DNA of 64,000 bases from an uncultured Bacillus sp. (GTDB lineage: Bacteria; Bacillota; Bacilli; Bacillales; Cytobacillaceae): positions 5,138-69,137 of the forward strand of contig CAUSCO010000026.1 of NCBI GenBank assembly GCA_963530265.1, in the 5' to 3' direction. Shown piece after piece: positions 1 through 9,389 of this stretch. The translations under genes were made by a program, and so were the position numbers. How positions within the stretch are numbered: the stretch's first letter is position 1; each line of letters begins with the position of its first letter. The notes below the pieces were generated by a model that was not told where the DNA came from, did not search any database, and saw nothing but the letters and a program-made list of their open reading frames with translations.

Positions 1-152
1 CGCGATTACCTATACGATATAGTTGCAAAAAACCGATATAAATGGTTTGGAAAACAAGAAAGCTGCATGCTTCCATTACCTGAGTGGAAAAACAGGTTTC
101 TAGATTAAAGGAGTCCCTCAACTGCACGGTGTCTAAGACCTTAAATCAAACT

Positions 153-179
153 AATATTTTATTCCATATAGCATACATT
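153..179 (+). promoter_or_regulatory. sigmaE-like (mother-cell) promoter
   Basis: aATAtt-N13-CATACATT upstream of the LysM peptidase resembles the Bacillus sigmaE consensus. Confidence 0.55.
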
Positions 180-212
180 TTATTAATACGATTTTTTCAG
201 CAGGAGGCGCTT

Positions 213-1403
213 ATGGATATTTTTGTTAGACATGGGGATTCACTTTGGCACTACAGTCAGCTGTTTAACATCAGTTTGCAGCTCATAAATGATTCAAATC
301 GGGATATTCAGCCTAGCAGCCTTACAGTGGGGCAGCGGGTGCAGATACCAGGTTTTGTTGCTCAAGAATACCAGATACGCCAAGGGGACTCATTGTGGAG
401 AATTGCTCAAGGCCGGAACCTCCCGCTTGAAGCGATTCTTTTAGTTAATCCGAATGTAGATCCCAATAATCTAAAGGTCGGTCAAATGATCAGAGTTCCT
501 CTGCGAATCACTTGGAGATTAGTGAATGGCGGACAAAACTATGATTACAATATATTAATGAATGATATCAGACGTTTGCAAGGAGTCTATCCCTTTATAC
601 AGACCCCTTCAATCGGAAATACAGTACTTCGAAAAAGTATTCCAGAAATTCTCATTGGTCATGGCAATAAGCGGGTCCATTATAATGCATCCTTTCATGC
701 AAATGAATGGATTACCACAGCAATCATAATGACATTTATTAATGATTATATATTATCATTAACAAATCAAACTCCTATTCGCGGTCTGTCTACCTCTCGT
801 TTTTACCAACAAACCATGTTATCGATTGTGCCAATGGTAAATCCTGATGGCGTTGACCTAGTTTTACATGGTCCCCCCGCCAATGAAACGTGGCGGCAGA
901 GAGTGGTTCAATATAATAATGGAAGCATGGATTTTTCAGGGTGGAAGGCCAATATTCGCGGCGTTGATTTGAATGATCAATTTCCTGCCCGCTGGGAGTT
1001 AGAGAGAGCAAGAAATCCCGATAAGCCTGGACCAAGAGATTACGGAGGCGAAAAACCATTATCTGAACCTGAGGCCGTTGCCATGGAAGAAATGACAAGA
1101 AGACGGGATTTTGAAAGAGTACTAGCCTTCCATACTCAGGGTGAAGTTATTTACTGGGGATTTGAGAATGAGGAACCGCCAGAGTCCAAGGTAATCGTGC
1201 AAGAATTTAGCACAGTTTGTGGGTATGAACCTGTCAAAACCATCGAAAGCTATGCAGGATATAAGGACTGGTTTATCCAGGACTGGCGGCGTCCAGGGTT
1301 CACGGTTGAGCTCGGCCGTGGAATCAATCCCCTACCCATTTCACAATTTGATGAAATCTATCAAAAAACACTAGGGATTTTCTTGGCCGGACTATATATG
1401 TAG
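213..1403 (+). CDS. LysM x2 + M14 gamma-D-glutamyl-meso-diaminopimelate peptidase (YqgT/endopeptidase I-like)
   Basis: Two LysM repeats (GDSLW), M14 motifs HANE, NPDG, GVDLN; RBS GGAGG before ATG at 213, so the ORF-track start at 84 is too far upstream. Confidence 0.9.
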   Translation: MDIFVRHGDSLWHYSQLFNISLQLINDSNRDIQPSSLTVGQRVQIPGFVAQEYQIRQGDSLWRIAQGRNLPLEAILLVNPNVDPNNLKVGQMIRVPLRITWRLVNGGQNYDYNILMNDIRRLQGVYPFIQTPSIGNTVLRKSIPEILIGHGNKRVHYNASFHANEWITTAIIMTFINDYILSLTNQTPIRGLSTSRFYQQTMLSIVPMVNPDGVDLVLHGPPANETWRQRVVQYNNGSMDFSGWKANIRGVDLNDQFPARWELERARNPDKPGPRDYGGEKPLSEPEAVAMEEMTRRRDFERVLAFHTQGEVIYWGFENEEPPESKVIVQEFSTVCGYEPVKTIESYAGYKDWFIQDWRRPGFTVELGRGINPLPISQFDEIYQKTLGIFLAGLYM

Positions 1404-1415
1404 ATATTTGTTTAA

Positions 1416-1444
1416 AGGAGGCTGGCATACCCAGCCTCCTTTTT
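1416..1444 (+). terminator. Rho-independent terminator
   Basis: aggaggctgg/ccagcctcct stem followed by a T-run. Confidence 0.85.
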
Positions 1445-1489
1445 CGATTAATTAGTATAATTTAAATCCCAAATAATGCAGAAAGTAAC

Positions 1490-1591
1490 AAAAAAAAGAA
1501 CCTTTGAATAAATTCAAAGGTTAAATAGAGAACCTAGTGGTCTAGGCTAAGCTCTCACAATTAGGAGGTCTAAACTCAGAAGAATTTAAAC
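1490..1591 (-). ncRNA. putative ~100-nt small RNA with anti-SD motif
   Basis: Minus-strand TTGAAG-N18-TAATAT with extended TG; contains ACCUCCU, an internal hairpin and its own terminator with U8; no ORF. Confidence 0.45.
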
Positions 1592-1709
1592 ATCTTAATA
1601 TTAACACATTTCTAAATATTCCTTCAACAGTTTATTACAGTAAAGGACAAAAGAAATTATAAAAACATTCAAACAAGGAAAAATTAAACAATCTCTTGCA
1701 AGTTACTTG

Positions 1710-1816
1710 TTGACATACATGTATATACAAGTTAAAATTGAAAACGTAAACAAAACTTGTATATACAAGAAAAAAGAGAAATTATGAAAACGCACACAAT
1801 GCTTGTATATATATAG
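1710..1816 (+). promoter_or_regulatory. sigmaA promoter of tre operon with TreR operators and cre sites
   Basis: TTGACA(1710)-N17-TAAAAT(1733); TGTATATACA palindromes at 1718-1731 and 1756-1769, degenerate copy 1802-1816; cre-like TGAAAACGTAAACA (1739) and TGAAAACGCACACA (1785). Confidence 0.85.
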
Positions 1817-1866
1817 AGCAATATAAAAGATATGGGTTAATCCCATTCTATTAGGGGGAAAGAACG

Positions 1867-3291
1867 ATGGCCAAATACACAGAGCCTTCAAAAGAGTTAT
1901 TGGAACACATTGGTGGTAAGGAAAACATTGCAGCCGTTACCCATTGTGTAACAAGAATGAGATTCGTATTAAATGATCCTAGTAAAGCCGATATAAAAGA
2001 AATTGAGTCCATTTACCTAGTAAAAGGAACATTTACACAGGCAGGACAATTTCAGGTCATCATCGGGAATGAAGTTTCCAGCTTTTATAATGATTTTGTA
2101 AAAGTTGCTGGCGTAGAAGGTACCTCCAAAGAAGAAGCTAAAGTCGCAGCCAAGCAAAATCAGAACTGGTTACAGCGTTTGATGGGCAACCTAGCTGAAA
2201 TCTTTACACCTTTAATTCCTGCATTAGTCGTCGGCGGTTTAATCCTTGGTTTCCGAAATGTAATCGGTGACATTAAACTATTAGATGATGGCACAAAAAC
2301 AATTATTGAAGTATCTCAGTTCTGGGCTGGTGTCCACTCCTTCCTATGGCTGATTGGCGAAGCAATATTCCACTTCCTCCCAGTTGGAATCACTTGGTCT
2401 GTTGCCAAGAAAATGGGAGCATCTCAAATTCTTGGTATTGTGCTTGGTATTACCTTAGTATCACCGCAATTATTAAATGCTTATGGTGTTGCAGGTGCAA
2501 AGGAAATTCCAACGTGGGATTTTGGATTTGCACAGATTAAAATGATTGGTTATCAAGCACAAGTAATCCCTGCAATTTTAGCTGGATTAGTATTAGGATT
2601 CTTGGAAACAAGATTACGCAAAGTCGTTCCAAATTCCATTTCGATGATTGTTGTTCCATTTTTAGCATTAGTCCCAACTGTTTTAATTGCACACACGGTT
2701 TTAGGCCCTCTTGGCTGGGCAATTGGTTCAGGAATCTCTCATGTTGTTTATACTAGCTTAACTTCTGCCTTTGGCTGGTTATTTGCTGCAATCTTTGGTT
2801 TCGCATATGCTCCGCTTGTTATCACTGGTTTACACCATATGACAAACGCAATTGACCTTCAATTGATGAGTGAACTTAAGGGAACAAATCTATGGCCGAT
2901 GATTGCCCTTTCCAATATTGCTCAAGGTTCCGCGGTTCTTGCGATGATCTTTATCAACCGTAAAAACGAAGAAGAAAAACAAGTATCGATTCCAGCTGCT
3001 ATTTCTTGTTACTTAGGTGTAACAGAACCAGCAATGTTCGGTATTAACTTAAAATATGGCTTCCCATTCCTAGCTGCGATGATTGGTTCCATGATTGCAG
3101 GCGTCGTATCAGTAGCTAGCGGCGTAATGGCTAACTCGATCGGTGTCGGCGGTCTTCCTGGTATCTTATCAATTCAGCCAAAGCATATGGTCATGTTTGC
3201 CATCTGTATGTTAATTGCAATCGTTGTACCCTTTATTTTAACGAACATCTTTGCAAAAACAGGTGTTAAAAAGTTATCTTTTAAAAAATAA
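1867..3291 (+). CDS. treP: PTS trehalose-specific IIBC component
   Basis: HCVTRMRF EIIB phospho-Cys motif, EIIC GVTEPAMFG; synteny with treA and treR. Confidence 0.95.
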   Translation: MAKYTEPSKELLEHIGGKENIAAVTHCVTRMRFVLNDPSKADIKEIESIYLVKGTFTQAGQFQVIIGNEVSSFYNDFVKVAGVEGTSKEEAKVAAKQNQNWLQRLMGNLAEIFTPLIPALVVGGLILGFRNVIGDIKLLDDGTKTIIEVSQFWAGVHSFLWLIGEAIFHFLPVGITWSVAKKMGASQILGIVLGITLVSPQLLNAYGVAGAKEIPTWDFGFAQIKMIGYQAQVIPAILAGLVLGFLETRLRKVVPNSISMIVVPFLALVPTVLIAHTVLGPLGWAIGSGISHVVYTSLTSAFGWLFAAIFGFAYAPLVITGLHHMTNAIDLQLMSELKGTNLWPMIALSNIAQGSAVLAMIFINRKNEEEKQVSIPAAISCYLGVTEPAMFGINLKYGFPFLAAMIGSMIAGVVSVASGVMANSIGVGGLPGILSIQPKHMVMFAICMLIAIVVPFILTNIFAKTGVKKLSFKK

Positions 3292-3372
3292 ATGTACACT
3301 CCATTTAGGAGGGAGACCATCTCCCTCCTTTTCCGCATAAGAGGTATCAAAAATAATAGGCAGGTGTTTAGG

Positions 3373-5043
3373 ATGTCAACAGCATGGTGGAAAAAAGCCG
3401 TCGTTTATCAAATTTATACAAAAAGCTTTAATGACACGACAGGAAATGGTATTGGAGATATTCGGGGGATTATTGAAAAACTAGATTATCTGAAAGAACT
3501 CGGGGTGGACGTTCTCTGGCTCACTCCCATTTATAAATCTCCTCAACGAGATAACGGCTATGATATAAGTGATTATTACAGCATCCATGAAGATTACGGC
3601 ACAATGGAAGATTTTGATGTGATGCTAACCGAAGCCCATAAACGCGGTATAAAAATCATTATGGATATCGTTATTAATCATACTTCTACCGAACATGAAT
3701 GGTTTAAACAAGCTAAGTCCTCTAAGGACAATCCTTATCGCGACTTCTACATCTGGAAGGATGGCAAAAACGGTGAACCGCCTACTAACTGGGAATCAAA
3801 ATTTGGTGGAAACGCATGGGAGTATGACGAAACGACAGGGCAATACTATCTCCATTTGTTCGATGTGACCCAAGCGGACTTAAACTGGGAAAATGAAAAG
3901 GTTCGTGCAGCCTTATATGAAATGATGCACTTTTGGTTAAAAAAAGGGGTCGATGGCTTCCGGTTGGATGTGATCAATTTAATTTCCAAAGACCAGTACT
4001 TCCCGCAGGATGACAGCGATGGCCGTAAATTCTATACAGATGGGCCAAGAATCCATGAATTTTTACATGAAATGAATGAACAAGTATTTTCAAAATACGA
4101 TATCATGACGGTTGGCGAAATGTCGTCTACTTCCATTGATAACTGCATTCGATACACGAACCCTGAGCAGCAAGAATTAAATATGACCTTTAGTTTCCAC
4201 CATCTAAAAGTGGACTATCCAAATGGTGAAAAATGGACCAAGGCTGACTTTGATTTTCAAGCCTTGAAGGATATCATGTCCAAGTGGCAATTCGAAATGA
4301 ACCAAGGCGGCGGCTGGAATGCTCTTTTCTGGTGTAATCATGACCAGCCTCGAGCTGTTTCCCGTTTTGGAGATGATGTCAACTATCATCAAGAATCGGC
4401 TAAAATGCTAGCCACAACGCTCCATATGATGCAGGGAACCCCTTATATTTATCAAGGGGAAGAATTTGGGATGACCAATCCAAACTTCGATTCCATTGAT
4501 GACTATCGCGATGTTGAATCCTTAAATATGTTTACCATTTTGAAAAATAAAGGGTTGAATGAACAAGAAATTATTGAAATCTTGAAACAAAAATCCCGCG
4601 ATAATTCCAGAACTCCAGTTCAGTGGAATGCTAGTGAACACGCAGGTTTTACAACTGGAACACCATGGATTAAAACCGCTGCAAGTTATAAAAAAATTAA
4701 TGCAGAAAAAGCGATTCAGGACCCTGATTCTATTTTCTATCACTATCAAAAGCTCATTCAGTTAAGAAAAGAAGTTGATGTGATGACTGATGGAGATTTT
4801 GAATTAATTTTAGATCAGGATAAAGAAATATTTGCCTTTATTAGAACTAGCGATTCTGAAAAATTGCTTGTTATTAATAATTTTTATGGCAAAGACAAAA
4901 GATTTACTCTCCCCTCTCAAATAGTTCTTGATGACTATAAGAATAAGATGTTAATCTCTAACTATGAGGACTCATCGGCACAACTTTGCAAGGTAATGCT
5001 ATTGCGGCCATATGAGTCGATTGTGTACCATCTGGAAAAATGA
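3373..5043 (+). CDS. treA: trehalose-6-phosphate hydrolase (GH13)
   Basis: GH13 motifs DNGYD, DGFRLDV, NHD, GTPYIYQGEE; likely ATG at 3373. Confidence 0.95.
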   Translation: MSTAWWKKAVVYQIYTKSFNDTTGNGIGDIRGIIEKLDYLKELGVDVLWLTPIYKSPQRDNGYDISDYYSIHEDYGTMEDFDVMLTEAHKRGIKIIMDIVINHTSTEHEWFKQAKSSKDNPYRDFYIWKDGKNGEPPTNWESKFGGNAWEYDETTGQYYLHLFDVTQADLNWENEKVRAALYEMMHFWLKKGVDGFRLDVINLISKDQYFPQDDSDGRKFYTDGPRIHEFLHEMNEQVFSKYDIMTVGEMSSTSIDNCIRYTNPEQQELNMTFSFHHLKVDYPNGEKWTKADFDFQALKDIMSKWQFEMNQGGGWNALFWCNHDQPRAVSRFGDDVNYHQESAKMLATTLHMMQGTPYIYQGEEFGMTNPNFDSIDDYRDVESLNMFTILKNKGLNEQEIIEILKQKSRDNSRTPVQWNASEHAGFTTGTPWIKTAASYKKINAEKAIQDPDSIFYHYQKLIQLRKEVDVMTDGDFELILDQDKEIFAFIRTSDSEKLLVINNFYGKDKRFTLPSQIVLDDYKNKMLISNYEDSSAQLCKVMLLRPYESIVYHLEK

Positions 5044-5057
5044 ACGGAGATGTCTCT

Positions 5058-5771
5058 ATGACGAACAAGTACCTAACAATTTATAACGCCATTGTCGAGC
5101 AAATTAAAAACGGAGAAATCCCACCCCAAACGCTCCTACCTTCTGAAAATGAATTGAAGGAACAATACGATACTTCGAGGGAAACAATTAGAAAAGCGTT
5201 AAATTTGCTCTCGCAAAATGGCTATATTCAAAAAGTTAGAGGAAAAGGTTCAATTGTCATTGACATCAGCAAATTTGACTTCCCAGTTTCTGGTTTAGTA
5301 AGCTTCAAAGAATTGGCCAGTAAAATGGGCAATAAACCGAAAACGATTGTCAATGAGTTAACATTAATTAAGCCCGATGGTTTTATTCGGCAACAGCTTC
5401 AGCTTGGAGGTAAAGACCTTGTTTGGAAGGTCATTCGCACGAGGGAAATGGGCGGAGAAAAAATTATCTTAGATAAGGATTATTTATGCAGCGACATTGT
5501 CCCTTCCCTAACAGAAGAAATCTGTGCCGACTCCATCTATCAATACCTTGAAAATGAATTAAACCTGACAATCAGTTTTGCAAAAAAAGAAATTGTCGTG
5601 GTAGAACCCACTCAAGAAGACCGTAACTTATTGGATCTTGAAGGTTACCATAGTGTTGTCGTGATTAAAAACTATGTCTATTTAGACGATGCTACCCTAT
5701 TTCAATACACGGAATCACGGCATCGACCTGATAAATTCCGTTTTGTCGATTTTGCTCGAAGAACTCATTGA
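5058..5771 (+). CDS. treR: trehalose operon repressor (GntR/HutC, UTRA domain)
   Basis: LPSENEL..SRETIRKAL HTH, C-terminal FQYTESRHRPDKFRF. Confidence 0.95.
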   Translation: MTNKYLTIYNAIVEQIKNGEIPPQTLLPSENELKEQYDTSRETIRKALNLLSQNGYIQKVRGKGSIVIDISKFDFPVSGLVSFKELASKMGNKPKTIVNELTLIKPDGFIRQQLQLGGKDLVWKVIRTREMGGEKIILDKDYLCSDIVPSLTEEICADSIYQYLENELNLTISFAKKEIVVVEPTQEDRNLLDLEGYHSVVVIKNYVYLDDATLFQYTESRHRPDKFRFVDFARRTH

Positions 5772-5790
5772 TATTTTAATTCTCATTCAG

Positions 5791-5824
5791 AACGAGGAGT
5801 CTCATATTTAGACTCCTCGTTTTT
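5791..5824 (+). terminator. terminator of tre operon
   Basis: aacgaggagtct/agactcctcgtt stem followed by a T-run. Confidence 0.8.
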
Positions 5825-5915
5825 AAATTTGAAAATGACTATTATCGCCATAGAAATGCTTTTAGGAATAAAATTTGCTACAATATACCTATTAATTGGT
5901 GAGGTGAAATATGAC

Positions 5916-6593
5916 ATGTGCGGCCGATTCACGCTAACTGCTAGTTTCGAAGAAATTATCGATCGATTCGATATTCAATCTTTTCTAGACGAAGAGAATT
6001 ATGCTCCAAGCTACAATATTGCCCCATCCCAATCAGTTTTAGCGGTTATAAATGATGGAAAGTCAAACAGGATGGGCTTTTTGAAATGGGGTCTTGTTCC
6101 CCCATGGGCAAAAGACGCGTCCATTGGTTATAAAATGATTAATGCCCGTGCTGAAACTATTTCTGAAAAGCCTAGCTTTCGGAAGCCTTTCCAAAAGAAA
6201 CGTTGTTTGGTCATCGCAGATAGCTTTTATGAATGGAAACGGCATGAAGATAAAACCAAAACACCGATGCGTATTAAGCTAAAGTCTGATGAGTTATTTG
6301 CGATGGCAGGAATTTGGGAGGGTTGGAGGTCTCCAGATGGAAAAACCCTCTACACCTGCTCTGTAATCACAACAGGTCCTAATCAATTAATGAAAGACAT
6401 TCATGACCGGATGCCTGTAATTCTAAAACGTGAAGATGAGCCAAAATGGTTAGACCCAAACATATCTGATACGAAAAAATTAACCCCATTACTTGTCCCT
6501 TTTGATGAAAGTTTAATGGACACATATGAAGTATCATCCCAAGTTAACTCGCCTAAAAACAACTCCATTGAGCTTATACAAAAAATTTGTTAG
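5916..6593 (+). CDS. SRAP/HMCES-family abasic-site processing protein (YoqW/YedK-like)
   Basis: N-terminal MCGRF catalytic Cys, INARAET, FYEW, IHDRMPVIL; GAGGTG RBS before ATG 5916. Confidence 0.93.
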   Translation: MCGRFTLTASFEEIIDRFDIQSFLDEENYAPSYNIAPSQSVLAVINDGKSNRMGFLKWGLVPPWAKDASIGYKMINARAETISEKPSFRKPFQKKRCLVIADSFYEWKRHEDKTKTPMRIKLKSDELFAMAGIWEGWRSPDGKTLYTCSVITTGPNQLMKDIHDRMPVILKREDEPKWLDPNISDTKKLTPLLVPFDESLMDTYEVSSQVNSPKNNSIELIQKIC

Positions 6594-6694
6594 CGCCCTT
6601 TTTATTAAAAATTTTTTCAGCATGGACATGTTCACTACATGCACGTACAAGCATGAGCATATGCTGTACTAACCCATAAAAGTTTTCCTTCTTT

Positions 6695-6726
6695 AGAAAG
6701 TGGCAGAGCCCACTTTCTTTTTTTTT
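6695..6726 (+). terminator. terminator
   Basis: agaaagtgg/ccactttct stem followed by a long T-run. Confidence 0.8.
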
Positions 6727-6728
6727 GA

Positions 6729-6971
6729 TTAGTTTAAAAGTGAATTTCCATTTTTACCTTTGGAATCCCACCATTCGCGAACTTCGAAAATACCCATTAT
6801 TTCATGTTTCCCTTTTTCAAATACTTGTACAGATTCATTTGTTGAATACGAAAAAATATAGTGTGTGGGCGTTTCACTGATAATACGAAATGAACTAATT
6901 TCGCCATCATCCATTTCGACCATATATACTTTACCAGTAAGTACATCGTTAGTGAATGCTAAATTTTTCAT
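6729..6971 (-). CDS. hypothetical protein (~80 aa)
   Basis: ORF with GGGGAG RBS; no family recognised. Confidence 0.6.
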   Translation of the reverse strand: MKNLAFTNDVLTGKVYMVEMDDGEISSFRIISETPTHYIFSYSTNESVQVFEKGKHEIMGIFEVREWWDSKGKNGNSLLN

Positions 6972-7081
6972 TAAAATCATCTCCCCCAAAATACTATATT
7001 TCTAATGTAGCAGAATTATGGATAGTTTAATGATTGAATTACGAAAAATTTCGTAATAAAACATTTAGCCCTCTTCATGTG

Positions 7082-7531
7082 TTAATTGGAAAAATAATAA
7101 AAATAACTCGATTCCCTTTTAAAACCTATTTTTTCATACAGTCTTTGTGCTGTCGTGTTATCCGCTGCAGTTTCTAATAACACTCCCTTTGCCCCTGTTT
7201 CCTTTGCAAATTCAATCGCTGTTTTCATTAATTTCTCCCCTATTCCTTGTCCTCGTGCCTGTTCGTTTACAAACAAATCGTTTAAAACCCATGACCGTTT
7301 CATACTTACACTCGAAAAAGAAGGATAAAGCTGAACAAAACCAAGTGGGCTGGACCCATCTAAAGCAATAAAAGCCACTGATTCTTCATTTGAAATCCGT
7401 TCCTTTAAAAAATTTCTTGCCCCATTCAAATCGGATTTTTGCTCATAAAAAACCCTGTACAGGTCAAAAAGCTCAGTTAACGCTTCGAGCTCGTTTAATG
7501 TTGCTTGTTGGATAATCATACTGTTTGTCAA
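7082..7531 (-). CDS. GNAT N-acetyltransferase
   Basis: LNDLFV..ARGQGIG acetyl-CoA motif, N..AQRLYEKIGF. Confidence 0.9.
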   Translation of the reverse strand: MTNSMIIQQATLNELEALTELFDLYRVFYEQKSDLNGARNFLKERISNEESVAFIALDGSSPLGFVQLYPSFSSVSMKRSWVLNDLFVNEQARGQGIGEKLMKTAIEFAKETGAKGVLLETAADNTTAQRLYEKIGFKRESSYFYYFSN

Positions 7532-7815
7532 AATCTCATCCCCCTTTTTAGTTTGATTATAGCCCTTTTTAAAATAGGAAGCTCAGGAAAAATCTTTTTT
7601 TGATATAGTGGTATGTAAAGTGTTACTCTCCTGCAGCAGAAAAAGCCTTGATTTCAAGGCTTTTTCTTGTGTTGGTGGGACATACCCGATAAAATTGTAG
7701 TTATATCTATCTTTATCTAGAATTTAATTTAGAAGTGTGCCTTTTTAAAAATTTGTTCTGGGAATTCAACGATTTCATCAAACTCTTCATGCTCGTGTAA
7801 TCAGCCCATGCCGCC

Positions 7816-8253
7816 TTATTCGCCGTGACCTGGATATCCTCCCATGCCGCCATATCCGCCGTGACCAGGGTATCCACCCATGCCGCCATATCCGCCATGA
7901 CCAGGGTATCCACCCATGCCGCCATATCCGCCATGACCAGGGTATCCTCCCATACCACCATATCCGCCATGACCAGGGTATCCTCCCATGCCGCCATATC
8001 CGCCATGACCAGGGTATCCTCCCATGCCACCATATCCGTAATGACCAGGGTATCCTCCCATGCCGCCATATCCGTAATGACCAGGGTATCCTCCCATGCC
8101 GCCATATCCGCCATAACTTGGGTATCCTCCCATACCCATGCCGCCAAAACCGCCCATTCCTGGGAATCCACCTGTACCCATGCCGCTAAAACCGCCCATA
8201 CCCGGGAATCCCCTTGTACCCATGCCTACATTAAATTGTCCAATATCAGTCAT
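7816..8253 (-). CDS. Gly/Tyr/Met/His-rich tandem-repeat protein, probable spore coat/exosporium protein
   Basis: AAAGGAGAG RBS; 8 copies of (G/Y)GYGGMGGYPGH; CATAGTCT sigmaK/E-like -10 upstream. Confidence 0.7.
   Translation of the reverse strand: MTDIGQFNVGMGTRGFPGMGGFSGMGTGGFPGMGGFGGMGMGGYPSYGGYGGMGGYPGHYGYGGMGGYPGHYGYGGMGGYPGHGGYGGMGGYPGHGGYGGMGGYPGHGGYGGMGGYPGHGGYGGMGGYPGHGGYGGMGGYPGHGE
7825..8112 (-). repeat. 36-bp coding tandem repeat x8
   Basis: Unit ~GGCGGATATGGCGGCATGGGAGGATACCCTGGTCAT, varying mainly at third codon positions. Confidence 0.95.
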
Positions 8254-8843
8254 TTGAGCATCTCTCCTTTATATAGGTTACAGTCTAGACTATGTTGAAA
8301 CGACAAAAAGGCATAGGCGAATTTCCTAAGATTTCTAAACTAAAAGAGAGTTTCAAGCAGGACCCTAGTCCAAATTTCAGAAATTCAATTTTTCATGGTG
8401 AATACCCAAGCAACCAGTTCAACGTTTTCAAGTTGTCAACTTTTTTACTTTTTGAGAAGGTCCCCCCGTAGGTTGAGGGCTGCTTTGAATATTTTTAAGT
8501 TTTGACAGAACTGGTCTTTTACAATTCAAGCACTTTTGATTGGTAGCTTTTTACCAGGGGTTAATGCTGTTTAAAGAAAAAATGCTTAGAAGAAACCACA
8601 AAAGCCAACCGTTAGAAAGTATTAAAAATTTTACCAAAAAAACGGCAGGCAGGGCCTTACCGTTTTGCGTTTCATTATAAACTTTTAGAAATGAGACTGT
8701 GTTAAATTTCTTTGCCGACATGCATCTACTTAGGGATTTGGATGTATTTCTAACCAGAAAGCCTACGTAGTAGGCGTCTACACCCTTCAGAGCTATATCT
8801 AAAGCAATTCCTCCGTAGAAAGCTGGTGTTAAATTCTATTTAG

Positions 8844-9245
8844 TTACTCATTGTCAGAATCTTTATCTTGATCCTTATTAAACCAAAGCGGTTCATCGTC
8901 ATCGACGTCACCATTATAATTGATGAGGATCTCTTCCCCTGCTTTTATATCCCGATATGCATAGAAATCAAATGTGTGATTAGGAAAGTTAATTTCATAA
9001 ATCGCATTGGGTTGATAAGAATGGTTAAAGAGCATACCATATCCTAAAAGCAGTGCTGTATGGTTTATGCCATATTCAAACGCATAATCCGCTAGTAAAG
9101 TTTTTTCGATATGAACGTGCTCCTCATTTGGATAAGGAATAACTGGTGCCTCATGAATAAGGTCACCCTTTGCAATATCCTGTGTGGCAAATACACCTCT
9201 ATTTAATTCCCCATCGCTGAGCTTAGAAGTTTTTACTTCAATCAT
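8844..9245 (-). CDS. stand-alone SET-domain protein-lysine methyltransferase
   Basis: RGVFAT.DI..G, FNHSYQPN, DIKAGEEILINY SET signatures. Confidence 0.9.
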   Translation of the reverse strand: MIEVKTSKLSDGELNRGVFATQDIAKGDLIHEAPVIPYPNEEHVHIEKTLLADYAFEYGINHTALLLGYGMLFNHSYQPNAIYEINFPNHTFDFYAYRDIKAGEEILINYNGDVDDDEPLWFNKDQDKDSDNE

Positions 9246-9332
9246 TTTAATCACCTATAAAGTTCTTTCCAAAGAAGTTTTAATCAACCTTAAGCTTGCC
9301 ATGATACAGACAAGAAAGCAAATGTTTTTTTC

Positions 9333-9359
9333 ACTAAATGGTGCCTGACACCATTTAGT
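9333..9359. repeat. palindromic REP-like element, copy 1 (core GGTGCCTGACACC)
   Basis: 11-bp perfect stem actaaatggtg/caccatttagt; the same core recurs at 14426 and 31322. Confidence 0.6.
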
Positions 9360-9389
9360 AGGTATTGGTAGTGTTAATTTCATATAGGT

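Noticed and set aside
5772..5915. LexA (SOS) box upstream of the SRAP gene
   Set aside because: No GAAC-N4-GTTC match found
7825..8112. CRISPR array (36-bp periodicity)
   Set aside because: Units are contiguous with no unique spacers, the region is coding, and no cas genes are present
7713..8298. Alternative-frame ORFs over the 36-bp repeat (WEDTLVMADMAA and TRVSSHAAISAM frames)
   Set aside because: By-products of a stop-free repeat; repeat variation is mostly synonymous in the Gly-rich frame, which is the one with a good RBS
8300..8843. 540-bp gap as a MITE, IS relic or ncRNA
   Set aside because: Only short hairpins; no terminal inverted repeats, target duplication or recognisable coding relic
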